In this document: in pieces, positions 8,339-15,697 of the stretch | Position numbering within the stretch: position 1 is the first letter of the stretch | Layout: each line of letters starts with the position of its first letter | Source of the DNA: Solirubrobacteraceae bacterium | GTDB lineage: Bacteria > Actinomycetota > Thermoleophilia > Solirubrobacterales > Solirubrobacteraceae | DNA length: 32,247 bases | Assembly (NCBI GenBank): GCA_035765835.1 | Contig: DASTWP010000066.1 | Span: forward strand, 1 to 32,247 | Direction: 5' to 3' | The notes under the pieces: generated by a model | Databases searched by the model: none | Told to the model about the DNA's origin: nothing | The model's input: only the letters and a program-made list of their open reading frames with translations | Position numbers and translations under genes: made by a program

Positions 8339-10477
8339 ATGCCCGCCCCGGCCGAGCACGTGCCGCACGAGGAGCTGGCGCGGGCGGTCGCGGACGCGGA
8401 GCGCCGCGCGACCCAGCAGGCGGCTCTCGTGCGCGCCGCGAAGGCGCTGAACGCCACGCTGCGGCCGGACGTGGTGCTGGACACCCTTTGCGCCGAGGCG
8501 GCCGCGGCACTCGGCGCGGACATGGCCGTCGTCTACGCCGGCCGCGGCGTCGGGATGCTGATGCTGCTGGCGGCGCACGGCCTGCCCGCCCCGATCATCG
8601 GCCACCGCCCGTCGTCGACGGGCCTCGTGGGCCGCGTGCTCTCCAGCGGCGAGCCGCTGCTGACCAACGACTACCAGCACGAGGTCGCGTTCCCGCGCAC
8701 GACCGCCGCGTTCGACGGGGTCCGCAGCGCCGTGGCGGTGCCGCTGCGCCGCGGGCGCGAGGAGCTGGACGGCGTCGTGGCGGTCGGCTTCGCCGGCGCG
8801 CGCACCGTGAGCGAGGAGGACGCCGAGCTGCTGAGCGCGTTCGCGGACGTCGCCGGCGCGGCGCTGCGCAACGCCGACCAGCACGCCGAGGCCAAACGCG
8901 CGGCGACGCTCGACTCGTTGACCGGCTGCCTCAACCACGCGGCGATGCAGGCGCGCCTGCGCGAGGAGGTCTCGCGCGCGGAGCGCCTGGCCGAGCCGTT
9001 CACGCTCGTGCTCCTCGACCTCCACGGCTTCAAGCAGGTCAACGAGCGCTTCGGCCACCTGACCGGCGACACGGTCCTGCGCTCCGTCGGCGAGCTGCTG
9101 CGCGCCTCCGTGCGCCTGCACGACGTCGTCGCGCGCTACGGCGGCGACGAGTTCGGCCTGATCCTCACGCGCACGACCGAGGCCGAGGCGCGGCCCGTCG
9201 TCGAGCGCGCCGTCGCCGACATCGCACGCGCGCCGCTCCCGCAAGGCGCGAAGCTCGGCGTCTACGCCGGCATGGCCGGGTGGCGCCCGGGGGATCACGC
9301 GACCGGCCTGCTCGAACGCGCCGACGCGGGGATGCTCGAGGCCAAGCGCCGGCGCCGCGCGCTCGCGGTCGCCCGCGAGGCCCCGCACGAGCGCGACGCC
9401 GCGCCGCGCCGCGACGACGAGGAGGCCCGCGTTCGCCGGCTGACGGCCGCCGCCCGCCTCGCGCCGCGGCTGGTCGCGATGACCGACCCGGGCGAGCTCG
9501 CCGCGACCGCGATGCGCGAGATGCGCAGCCTGCTGTCGTTCGATCGCGGAGCGATCCTGCGGCTGGAGAGCGGGACGCTCGAGCCGGTCGCCGTGGCGTT
9601 GCGCGAGGGCGGCCCCGAGCCGCCGCCGCTCGCCGCGCGGCCGCAGGACGAGGGGGCCGCGGGGCGCGCGCTGCGCGAGCGCCGCCCGGTCCTCGTCACG
9701 GATGCGGCGCGCGACCCGCTGTACGCCGGGCTCGCGGCCGAGGGGATGGCGTCGGAGCTCGCGGTGCCGCTGTACGCGGGCGCCGAGCTGTGGGGGGCGA
9801 TCGACCTCGCCGCCGCCGCGCCCGCGGCGTTCGACGAGAACGACGCGCGGATGGCGCAGCTCGTGGCCGACGCCGTCGGCGCCGGGCTGCGCAGCGCCGC
9901 GCGGCTCGCCGAGCTGCGCGGCGGCTACCTCGCGGGGGCGGAGGCGCTCGCGGCCGCGCTCGAGACGCGCGAGCGCCACAGCCCCGACCACGCGCGCGCC
10001 GTCGCCGAGCTGGCCGTCGAGGCCGGCCGCCGCCTCGGGCTGCCCGAGCGCGAGCTGCGCGACCTGCGCCTCGGCGCCACGTTCCACGACATCGGCAAGC
10101 TCGCGATCCCGGAGGCCGTGCTCGCGAAGCCCGGCCCGCTGAGCGACGAGGAGCGCGAGCTGATCCGCCGCCACCCGGTCGAGGGCGAGCAGCTCCTCGG
10201 CGACGCCCCGGCGCTCGCCGCCGTGCGCCGGATCGTCCGCCACGACCACGAGCGCTGGGACGGCGCGGGCTACCCCGACGGCCTCAGCGGCGACGCGATC
10301 CCGCTCGGCGCCCGCATCGTGTTCGCCGCCGACGCCTACCACGCGATGCGCTCCGACCGCCCCTACCGCGGCCCGCTGCCCGAGCGCGTCGCGCGCGCCG
10401 AGCTGCGCGAGCACGCCGGCACGCAGTTCGACCCCGACGTGGTCGACGCGGTGCTCGGCGCCCTCGACGGGGACTAG
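8339..10477 (+). CDS. GAF-GGDEF-GAF-HD-GYP multidomain c-di-GMP turnover protein
   Basis: The GGDEF domain reads LTGCLNH..LDLHGFKQVNERFGHLTGD..RYGGDEFGLIL, with RLHD 5 residues upstream (the I-site position). The HD-GYP domain reads HSPDHARAV..FHDIGKLAIP..RRHP..HDHERWDGAGYPDGL. Two GAF-like regions flank the GGDEF domain. Confidence 0.9.
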   Translation: MPAPAEHVPHEELARAVADAERRATQQAALVRAAKALNATLRPDVVLDTLCAEAAAALGADMAVVYAGRGVGMLMLLAAHGLPAPIIGHRPSSTGLVGRVLSSGEPLLTNDYQHEVAFPRTTAAFDGVRSAVAVPLRRGREELDGVVAVGFAGARTVSEEDAELLSAFADVAGAALRNADQHAEAKRAATLDSLTGCLNHAAMQARLREEVSRAERLAEPFTLVLLDLHGFKQVNERFGHLTGDTVLRSVGELLRASVRLHDVVARYGGDEFGLILTRTTEAEARPVVERAVADIARAPLPQGAKLGVYAGMAGWRPGDHATGLLERADAGMLEAKRRRRALAVAREAPHERDAAPRRDDEEARVRRLTAAARLAPRLVAMTDPGELAATAMREMRSLLSFDRGAILRLESGTLEPVAVALREGGPEPPPLAARPQDEGAAGRALRERRPVLVTDAARDPLYAGLAAEGMASELAVPLYAGAELWGAIDLAAAAPAAFDENDARMAQLVADAVGAGLRSAARLAELRGGYLAGAEALAAALETRERHSPDHARAVAELAVEAGRRLGLPERELRDLRLGATFHDIGKLAIPEAVLAKPGPLSDEERELIRRHPVEGEQLLGDAPALAAVRRIVRHDHERWDGAGYPDGLSGDAIPLGARIVFAADAYHAMRSDRPYRGPLPERVARAELREHAGTQFDPDVVDAVLGALDGD

Positions 10478-10536
10478 GGGGTGCCGGAGGCCCTCACGTG
10501 AGGGCCGGAGGCGGGGCCCCCAACGGGTCGGGCCCG
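10477..10536 (+). repeat. Intergenic palindrome-centred repeat element, copy A
   Basis: The 45-nt core is GGGGGTGCCGGA-GGCCCTCACGTGAGGGCC-GGAGGCGGGGCCCCC (10477-10521). A small hairpin CGGG-TCGGG-CCCG follows at 10524-10536. Related copies lie at 15261, 24511 (reverse orientation) and 29032. Confidence 0.7.
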
Positions 10537-10563
10537 CCGCCGCGCCTCGTAGGCTGGGGGCGG

Positions 10564-11232
10564 ATGGAGGAGGAGCTCGAGTTCACGGTCCGGCGATCGG
10601 CGCGCGCGCGGCGCGTGCGGGTGTGCGTCGACGCGCACGCGGGCGTCGAGGTGGTGCTGCCCCAGCGGGCCGCGCAGCGCGAGGCCGCCGCGGCGATCGC
10701 CGAGCTGCGGCCGTGGATCGAGAAGCGCCTCGCCGCCGTCGCGGCGGCGCGCGAGCGCGCGGCGCAGCTGGCACCGCCCGGATGCGTGCCCTACCTCGGC
10801 GAGGCGCTCGAGCTGCGCGCCCAGCCCGGCCGCACGCGCGCGCACCGGCGCGCGGGCGTCCTGCTCGTGCCGGACCACGATCCCCTGCCGGCGGTCGAGC
10901 GCTGGTACCGGCGCGCCGCCCGCGCGGAGGTCGCGCCGCGGCTCGACGACGCCTGCGCGGCGATCGGCGTCGGCTACACGCAGCTGACGATCCGCAACCA
11001 GCGCACGCGCTGGGGCAGCTGCTCCTCGACGGGCGCGATGAGCTTCAACTGGCGGCTGCTGCTCGCGCCCCAGGACGTGCTCGGCTATGTCGTCTGGCAC
11101 GAGGCCTGCCACCTCGCCGTGCACGACCACTCGCGCCGCTTCTGGGCGCTGCTCGAGCGCCACCTCCCCGGCTACCGCGCGCCGCAGCGCTGGCTGCGCG
11201 AGAACGGCCCGGCGCTCGTCCTCGGGATCTGA
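10564..11232 (+). CDS. YgjP-like M48-family metallopeptidase (DUF45/SprT-like)
   Basis: MEEELEFTVRRSARARRVRVCV matches the typical YgjP N-terminus. TRWGSCS and the zinc motif WHEACHLAVHDHSRRFW are present. I chose the ATG at 10564 (preceded by GGGGG) rather than the long upstream alternative-frame extension. Confidence 0.85.
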   Translation: MEEELEFTVRRSARARRVRVCVDAHAGVEVVLPQRAAQREAAAAIAELRPWIEKRLAAVAAARERAAQLAPPGCVPYLGEALELRAQPGRTRAHRRAGVLLVPDHDPLPAVERWYRRAARAEVAPRLDDACAAIGVGYTQLTIRNQRTRWGSCSSTGAMSFNWRLLLAPQDVLGYVVWHEACHLAVHDHSRRFWALLERHLPGYRAPQRWLRENGPALVLGI

Positions 11233-12077
11233 TGCCGCGCGTCGGCGTCGTCGGGCACGTCGAGTGGATCGAGTTCGCGGTCGTGGCGCGGCTGCCGCGG
11301 CAGGGCGAGATCGTGCACTCCGACGAGTTCTTCGAGGAGCCCGCCGGCGGCGGCGCCGTCGCCACGGTGCAGCTGCGCAAGCTCGCCGGCGCCGCGACGC
11401 TGTACACGGCGCTCGGCCACGACGAGCTCGGCGAGCGCGCAGCGCGCGAGCTGCGCGAGCGCCACGGGGTCGCGCTCGAGGTCGCGGTGCGCGAGGAGCC
11501 GCAGCGGCGCGGCTTCACGTTCCTCGACGCAGACCACGAGCGCACGATCACGGTCCTGGGCCCGCGCTGCGTGCCGCGCCGCGGCGACGCGCTGCCGTGG
11601 GCGGAGCTCGGCGAGTACGAGGGCGTCTACTTCACCGGCGGCGACGCGGACGCGCTGCGTGCCGCGCGCGCGGCGAAGGTGCTCGTCGCCACCCCGCGCG
11701 CGCTCGACGTGATCGCCGAGGCCGGCGTGCAGCTCGACGTGCTCGTCGGCAGCGCGAAGGACCCGGGCGAGGCGCTCGGCGGCACGCGCATCGATCCGGC
11801 GCCGCGGCACGTCGTGCTGACGCGGGGCGCGGAGGGCGGCAGCTGGGACGGCGCCGACGGGACGAGCGGCGGATGGGTGGCGGCGCCGCTGCCGGGGGCG
11901 CCGGTGGACGCCTACGGCAGCGGCGACTCGTTCGCGGCGGGACTCACCTACGGGCTCGCGGAGGGGCGCGATCTGCAGGGCGCGCTCGAGCTCGCGGCGC
12001 GCTGCGGGGCCGCCTGCCTGACCGGCCGCGGGCCCTACTCGGCCCAGCTCGAGAGCGCGCGCCCCAGCGCCTCGTAG
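11232..12077 (+). CDS. PfkB-family (ribokinase-like) carbohydrate/nucleoside kinase
   Basis: The ATG overlaps the upstream TGA by 1 nt (TGATG). Motifs include GGGAVATV, VLTRGAEGG and the anion-hole/catalytic motif DAYGSGDSFAAG. Confidence 0.85.
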   Translation: MPRVGVVGHVEWIEFAVVARLPRQGEIVHSDEFFEEPAGGGAVATVQLRKLAGAATLYTALGHDELGERAARELRERHGVALEVAVREEPQRRGFTFLDADHERTITVLGPRCVPRRGDALPWAELGEYEGVYFTGGDADALRAARAAKVLVATPRALDVIAEAGVQLDVLVGSAKDPGEALGGTRIDPAPRHVVLTRGAEGGSWDGADGTSGGWVAAPLPGAPVDAYGSGDSFAAGLTYGLAEGRDLQGALELAARCGAACLTGRGPYSAQLESARPSAS

Positions 12078-12388
12078 GCGGTCTCGCCCTTGCGGCGCTC
12101 GACCAGGTTGCGCCGCCACCGGCCGGTGTAGGACTCGGTCGAGCCGTCGCCGCGCAGGTCGACGCCGCCGCGCAGGCCGCGCGGCCCGGCGATCTCGCCG
12201 CGTACGGCGACCTGCTGCACCGGCGCGAGCTCGCGGCGCAGCGCGCGCTCGGTGCCGCGGCGCTCGGCCGGCGCGAGCTCGTCGAGGCGCGCCTCGAGCG
12301 CGCGCAGCGCGTCGGGCAGCGTCGCGTGCCGCTCGCGGTCGGTCTTGCCGCGGCGGCGGACGGTGACCTTGTACTTGCCGCGCTCCAC
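12035..12388 (-). CDS. Hypothetical small basic protein (117 aa)
   Basis: GTG start. GC3 is near-uniform over the codons I read. The sequence is Arg-rich and soluble. It overlaps the 3' end of the convergent kinase by 43 nt. I recognise no family. Confidence 0.5.
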   Translation of the reverse strand: MERGKYKVTVRRRGKTDRERHATLPDALRALEARLDELAPAERRGTERALRRELAPVQQVAVRGEIAGPRGLRGGVDLRGDGSTESYTGRWRRNLVERRKGETAYEALGRALSSWAE

Positions 12389-12431
12389 CAGCCCGCAGCC
12401 TACGGCCCTGCGGCCGGCCTGAGCCGCCGCG

Positions 12432-12911
12432 CTAGGCGGCGGCCAGCTCCGCCGAGAGCTCGGTGACCGGCCCCTGCGGGTGGGACTCGAGGCGGTCGGA
12501 GATCTTGGCGAAGAGGCGCTGGGCCCGGCGGTTCTCGGTCAGCATGGTCGCGGTGAAGCGACGGATGCCGCGGGCGCGGGCGGCGTCGGCGAGCGCGAGG
12601 CCGAGCTCGGTCCCGATCCCGCGGCCCTGCCAGGCGTCGCCGACGACGACCGCGACCTCCGCGGCGTCCGGGTGCTCGGGGTCGCGCACCCAGCGGCCGA
12701 CGGCGATCAGGTGGCGCGGCTGCTCGGCGTCGACGGCGACCAGCGCATAGTGGTCGGCGAAGTCGACCTCGGTCAGGTAGCGCAGCTCGGCGAGCGTGAA
12801 GGCGGACTTCGGCGCGAGGAAGCGCCGATAGGCGCTCTCCAGCGACAGCAGGCCGATCCCGCGCTCGAGGAGCGCCTTGTCCTCGGGTCGGATCGGCCGG
12901 ATGTTGTGCAC
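12432..12911 (-). CDS. GNAT-family N-acetyltransferase (Pat-like GNAT domain, stand-alone)
   Basis: The acetyl-CoA binding motif is WQGRGIGTELGLALADAAR. The N-terminal RPIRPEDK..LSLESAYRRFL..LRYLTEVDF pattern resembles the GNAT domain of Pat-type protein acetyltransferases; this is from memory and unverified. Confidence 0.85.
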   Translation of the reverse strand: MHNIRPIRPEDKALLERGIGLLSLESAYRRFLAPKSAFTLAELRYLTEVDFADHYALVAVDAEQPRHLIAVGRWVRDPEHPDAAEVAVVVGDAWQGRGIGTELGLALADAARARGIRRFTATMLTENRRAQRLFAKISDRLESHPQGPVTELSAELAAA

Positions 12912-12956
12912 GCAAGCAACGCTAGGCCCCGCGGGCCCGGCGTTGTGTGCGGGTGA

Positions 12957-14294
12957 TCACCTCTGCTCGATCGGCACGTAGTCGCGGTCGCGCTTGCCCG
13001 TGTAGATCTGGCGCGGGCGGGCGATCTTCTGCTCGGAGTCCTGCACCATCTCGAGCCACTGCGCGATCCAGCCGCTGGTGCGCCCGATCGCGAACATGAC
13101 CGGGAACATCGAGACCGGCAGGCCGAGCGCCTCGTAGATGAGGCCCGAGTAGAAGTCGACGTTCGGATAGAGCTTGCGGCTGATGAAGTACTCGTCCTCG
13201 AGCGCGATCTTCTCGAGCTCGACGGCGATCGACAGCAGCGGGTTGACGCCGGTGACCTCGAAGACGTCGTCGGCGGCCTGCTTGATGATCCTCGCGCGCG
13301 GGTCGTAGTTCTTGTAGACCCGGTGCCCGAAGCCCATCAGCTTCTCCTTGCCGTCCTTCACGCCCTGCACGAAGTCGGGGATGTTGTCCTTGTCCCCGAT
13401 GCGCGTGAGCATCCGCAGCACGGCCTCGTTGGCGCCGCCGTGCAGCGGGCCGTAGAGCGCGCCGATGCCGGCCGCGACCGCGGAGTAGGGGTCGACCTGC
13501 GAGGAGCCGACCGAGCGGACGGCGTTGGTCGAGCAGTTCTGCTCGTGGTCGGCGTGGAGGATGAAGAGGACGTCGAGCGCACGAGCGATCCGCGGATCGG
13601 GCTCGTACTTGAGCTCGGTCATCTTGTACATCATGTTCAGGAAGTTGCCGCTGTAGGCCAGGTCGTTGTCGGGATAGACGTACGGCTGGCCGAGGTTGTG
13701 GCGGTAGGCGAACGCCGCCAGCGTGGGCATCTTCGCGATCAGGCGGATCGTCTGGATGTGGCGGTTGTGCTCGTCGTGGATCTCGTTCGCGTCGGGATAG
13801 AACGTCGAGAGCGCGCCGACCGAGCCGAGCAGCATCCCCATCGGGTGCGCGTCGTGGCGGAAGCCCTGGATGAACGACTTCACGTTCTCGTGCACGAACG
13901 TGTGGATCGTGATCTCGCCGATCCACTGCTCCAGCTCTCCCTGCGTCGGCAGCTCGCCGTTGATCAGCAGGTAGGCGACCTCCAGATAGGTCGACTGCTC
14001 CGCGAGCTGCTCGATCGGGTAGCCGCGGTACTGCAGGATCCCGCGCTCGCCGTCGATGAACGTGATCGCCGAGCGCGTCGACGCCGTGTTCGTGAACGCG
14101 GGGTCGTAGACCATCAGGCCGAAGTCGTCCTCGTCGACCTTCATCTGGCGGAAGTCCATCGCGCGGACCGTGCCGTCGGTGACGGGGACCTCGTAGGTCT
14201 GCCCCGTGCGGTTGTCGGTGACCGTCAGCGTGTCCGCGCCCGCCTGGGCTACGCCGCCGTTGCCGCCCGCCTGCGTCTCCGCGTCGGTGCTCAT
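12957..14294 (-). CDS. gltA: Citrate synthase
   Basis: I chose the ATG at 14294, with AGGAGA 5 nt upstream, which trims the 525-aa ORF to 445 aa. Hallmark segments are ILHADHEQNCSTNAVR, GPLHGGANE and GFGHRVYKNYDPRA. Confidence 0.93.
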   Translation of the reverse strand: MSTDAETQAGGNGGVAQAGADTLTVTDNRTGQTYEVPVTDGTVRAMDFRQMKVDEDDFGLMVYDPAFTNTASTRSAITFIDGERGILQYRGYPIEQLAEQSTYLEVAYLLINGELPTQGELEQWIGEITIHTFVHENVKSFIQGFRHDAHPMGMLLGSVGALSTFYPDANEIHDEHNRHIQTIRLIAKMPTLAAFAYRHNLGQPYVYPDNDLAYSGNFLNMMYKMTELKYEPDPRIARALDVLFILHADHEQNCSTNAVRSVGSSQVDPYSAVAAGIGALYGPLHGGANEAVLRMLTRIGDKDNIPDFVQGVKDGKEKLMGFGHRVYKNYDPRARIIKQAADDVFEVTGVNPLLSIAVELEKIALEDEYFISRKLYPNVDFYSGLIYEALGLPVSMFPVMFAIGRTSGWIAQWLEMVQDSEQKIARPRQIYTGKRDRDYVPIEQR

Positions 14295-14398
14295 CCGCTC
14301 TCCTGTGCCGTGCTCGGTTTCCTCGTTCTTTCGAGGATAGACCTCTACCCGCCAGGGGCGTCCCGACACGGCGCGCCGACGCGCGCTCCGAACCGGTG

Positions 14399-14632
14399 TC
14401 AGGCTGTGATGACGGCCGTCGCCATCGAGCCGGCTGCGAGCACGAGGCTCAGCGCCATCACCGCGCGCGCGCCTGCCTCGCTGCCGGGGAAGTCCGCGCG
14501 CCGCAGGCCGAGGACGGCGAGGACGACCGCCCACGCCGCGAACGCGACGCCGACGATGTAGAACGCCGTCTTCGAGTGCTCCGTGATGTTGTGGGCCTCG
14601 GCGGCGAGGATCGAGACGGCGTGCACCAGCAT
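14399..14632 (-). CDS. Small integral membrane protein (77 aa, 2-3 TM)
   Basis: ATG at 14632, 11 nt after the dcd stop. GC3 is near-uniform. Hydrophobic helices include FYIVGVAFAAWAVVLAVLGL and VMALSLVLAAGSMATAVI. There is no clear SD. Confidence 0.55.
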   Translation of the reverse strand: MLVHAVSILAAEAHNITEHSKTAFYIVGVAFAAWAVVLAVLGLRRADFPGSEAGARAVMALSLVLAAGSMATAVITA

Positions 14633-14643
14633 GGCCGCGAAAC

Positions 14644-15240
14644 CTATCCGACCGCGCCGCGGACGGTTGCAGGGCCGCCCTCGTAGCGGCTCTCGGTCGC
14701 CTCGACCTGGCCGTGGTAGTGGCTGCCGAGCTCCGGATGGCCGTACGGGCGCTCGGCCGGGCGGTCGAGCGTCATGAACGACAGCTGCGCGATCGGCAGC
14801 CCCGGCCAGAGCTTGATCGGCACGCGCGTGAGGTTGTTCAGCTCGAGCGTGAGCGTGCCCTTCCAGCCCGGGTCGCAGAAGCCGGCGGTCGCGTGGACGA
14901 TCAGGCCGAGGCGGCCGAGGCTCGACTTGCCCTCGATCCTCGCGACGATGTCGTCCGGCAGCTCGACCCACTCCTCCGTGCGCCCGAGGCAGAACTCACC
15001 CGGGTGGATGACGAACGGCTCGTCCGGCTCGACGACCACCTGCTCGGTCAGGTTGTCCGGCGGCTCGCGCAGGTCGATCGCCGTGATGCGGTGGTTGTGG
15101 AAGACGCGGAACGAGGGGCCGAGGCGCAGGTCGACGCTCGCGGGCTGGACCATCCGCTCGTCCCACGGGTCGATGCGGATGCGGCCCTCGTTCACGAGCC
15201 GGCGGATCGTGCCGTCCGAGAGGACGGAGGTGGGGCTCAT
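14644..15240 (-). CDS. dcd: dCTP deaminase
   Basis: LSDGTIRRLVNEGRIRIDPWDERMVQPASVDLRLG, EGKSSLGRLGL and HATAGFCDPGWKGTLTLELNN are colinear with E. coli and M. tuberculosis Dcd. The ATG at 15240 trims the 301-aa ORF to 198 aa. Confidence 0.92.
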   Translation of the reverse strand: MSPTSVLSDGTIRRLVNEGRIRIDPWDERMVQPASVDLRLGPSFRVFHNHRITAIDLREPPDNLTEQVVVEPDEPFVIHPGEFCLGRTEEWVELPDDIVARIEGKSSLGRLGLIVHATAGFCDPGWKGTLTLELNNLTRVPIKLWPGLPIAQLSFMTLDRPAERPYGHPELGSHYHGQVEATESRYEGGPATVRGAVG

Positions 15241-15260
15241 CGCCCGCAAGGATGGCAGCT

Positions 15261-15350
15261 GGGGGTGTCGGAGGCACTCATCCGACCCACGGCTCCACCG
15301 TGGGTGCCCGGTGCGGAGACGGGTCCCCCCGTCGCGAAAGCGACACCGTG
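15261..15350 (+). repeat. Intergenic repeat element, rearranged copy B
   Basis: The first 21 nt, GGGGGTGTCGGAGGCACTCAT, match copy C at 20/21 positions. The later segment GGAGACGGGTCCCCCCGTCGCGAAAGCGACACCGTGTC aligns with copy C GGAGGCGGGTCCTCGGGTCGCGAAGCGACCCATTGTC. Different hairpins replace the middle. Confidence 0.55.
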
Positions 15351-15656
15351 TCAGGCGGGATGGACGGGACGCGCGCGGGCGACGACCGTGCGCGTGCGCG
15401 GCGGGGAGATCGGCGCCGGGTCGCCGTGCGGGCCGCGGCGCGGGGTGCGCGGGAACGGCTTGCGCGGGTGCGGGCGCAGCGGCGGGCGCTTCGTGCCCCC
15501 CTCGCCCTTGTTCTCGTCTGCCGGCTCGGGCGTCTGCTTGATCGCCCACCAGACGATGTAGAGCAGCGCGCAGATCGGGATCTTGAGCGCCAGCATGAGG
15601 TAGACGAACGTCCAGCTCACGGGCGCGAGACTACCCCTGCGGGAGGCGGCGCGCAC
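15351..15656 (-). CDS. Small single-pass membrane protein with Pro/Arg-rich tail (about 90-101 aa)
   Basis: GC3 is high. The TM helix is WTFVYLMLALKIPICALLYIVWWAI, followed by a low-complexity basic proline-rich tail. The start is either ATG at 15656 or GTG at 15620. Confidence 0.55.
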   Translation of the reverse strand: MRAASRRGSLAPVSWTFVYLMLALKIPICALLYIVWWAIKQTPEPADENKGEGGTKRPPLRPHPRKPFPRTPRRGPHGDPAPISPPRTRTVVARARPVHPA

Positions 15657-15697
15657 GCGGTTGGCGCATATCCGTCTGCGGGGCTACCGTCGCGGTC

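Noticed and set aside
8156-10414. 752-aa minus-strand ORF, and the similar 8488-10563 plus-strand alternative-frame ORF, covering the GGDEF/HD-GYP gene
   Set aside because: These run antisense or out of frame to a gene with unambiguous domain motifs. The translations are Arg/Ala/Gly/Pro low-complexity, typical of stop-poor alternative frames in very GC-rich DNA.
10498-10563. GTG at the palindrome centre, preceded by GGAGG and in frame with the M48 peptidase (and the analogous ATG at 29052)
   Set aside because: The start-like context is produced by the repeat itself (CACGTG/CATATG centre, CCGGAGG arm). YgjP homologues begin like MEEELEFTVRRS, and the ATG at 29052 is out of frame with the CtaG-like gene.
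14295-14534. 80-codon N-terminal extension of the citrate synthase ORF
   Set aside because: The internal ATG at 14294 has a strong AGGAGA SD and gives a normal-length enzyme. The extension overlaps the small membrane ORF and has a GC-poorer, untranslated-looking segment.
15261-15330. tRNA-like cloverleaf (closing GGGGG/CCCCC stem plus three hairpins, about 70 nt)
   Set aside because: It has no T-loop GTTCRA consensus. The central loop is 5 nt rather than 7, and the D-arm geometry is wrong. The left arm is clearly the repeat-family arm, so I treat it as a repeat variant and not a tRNA gene.
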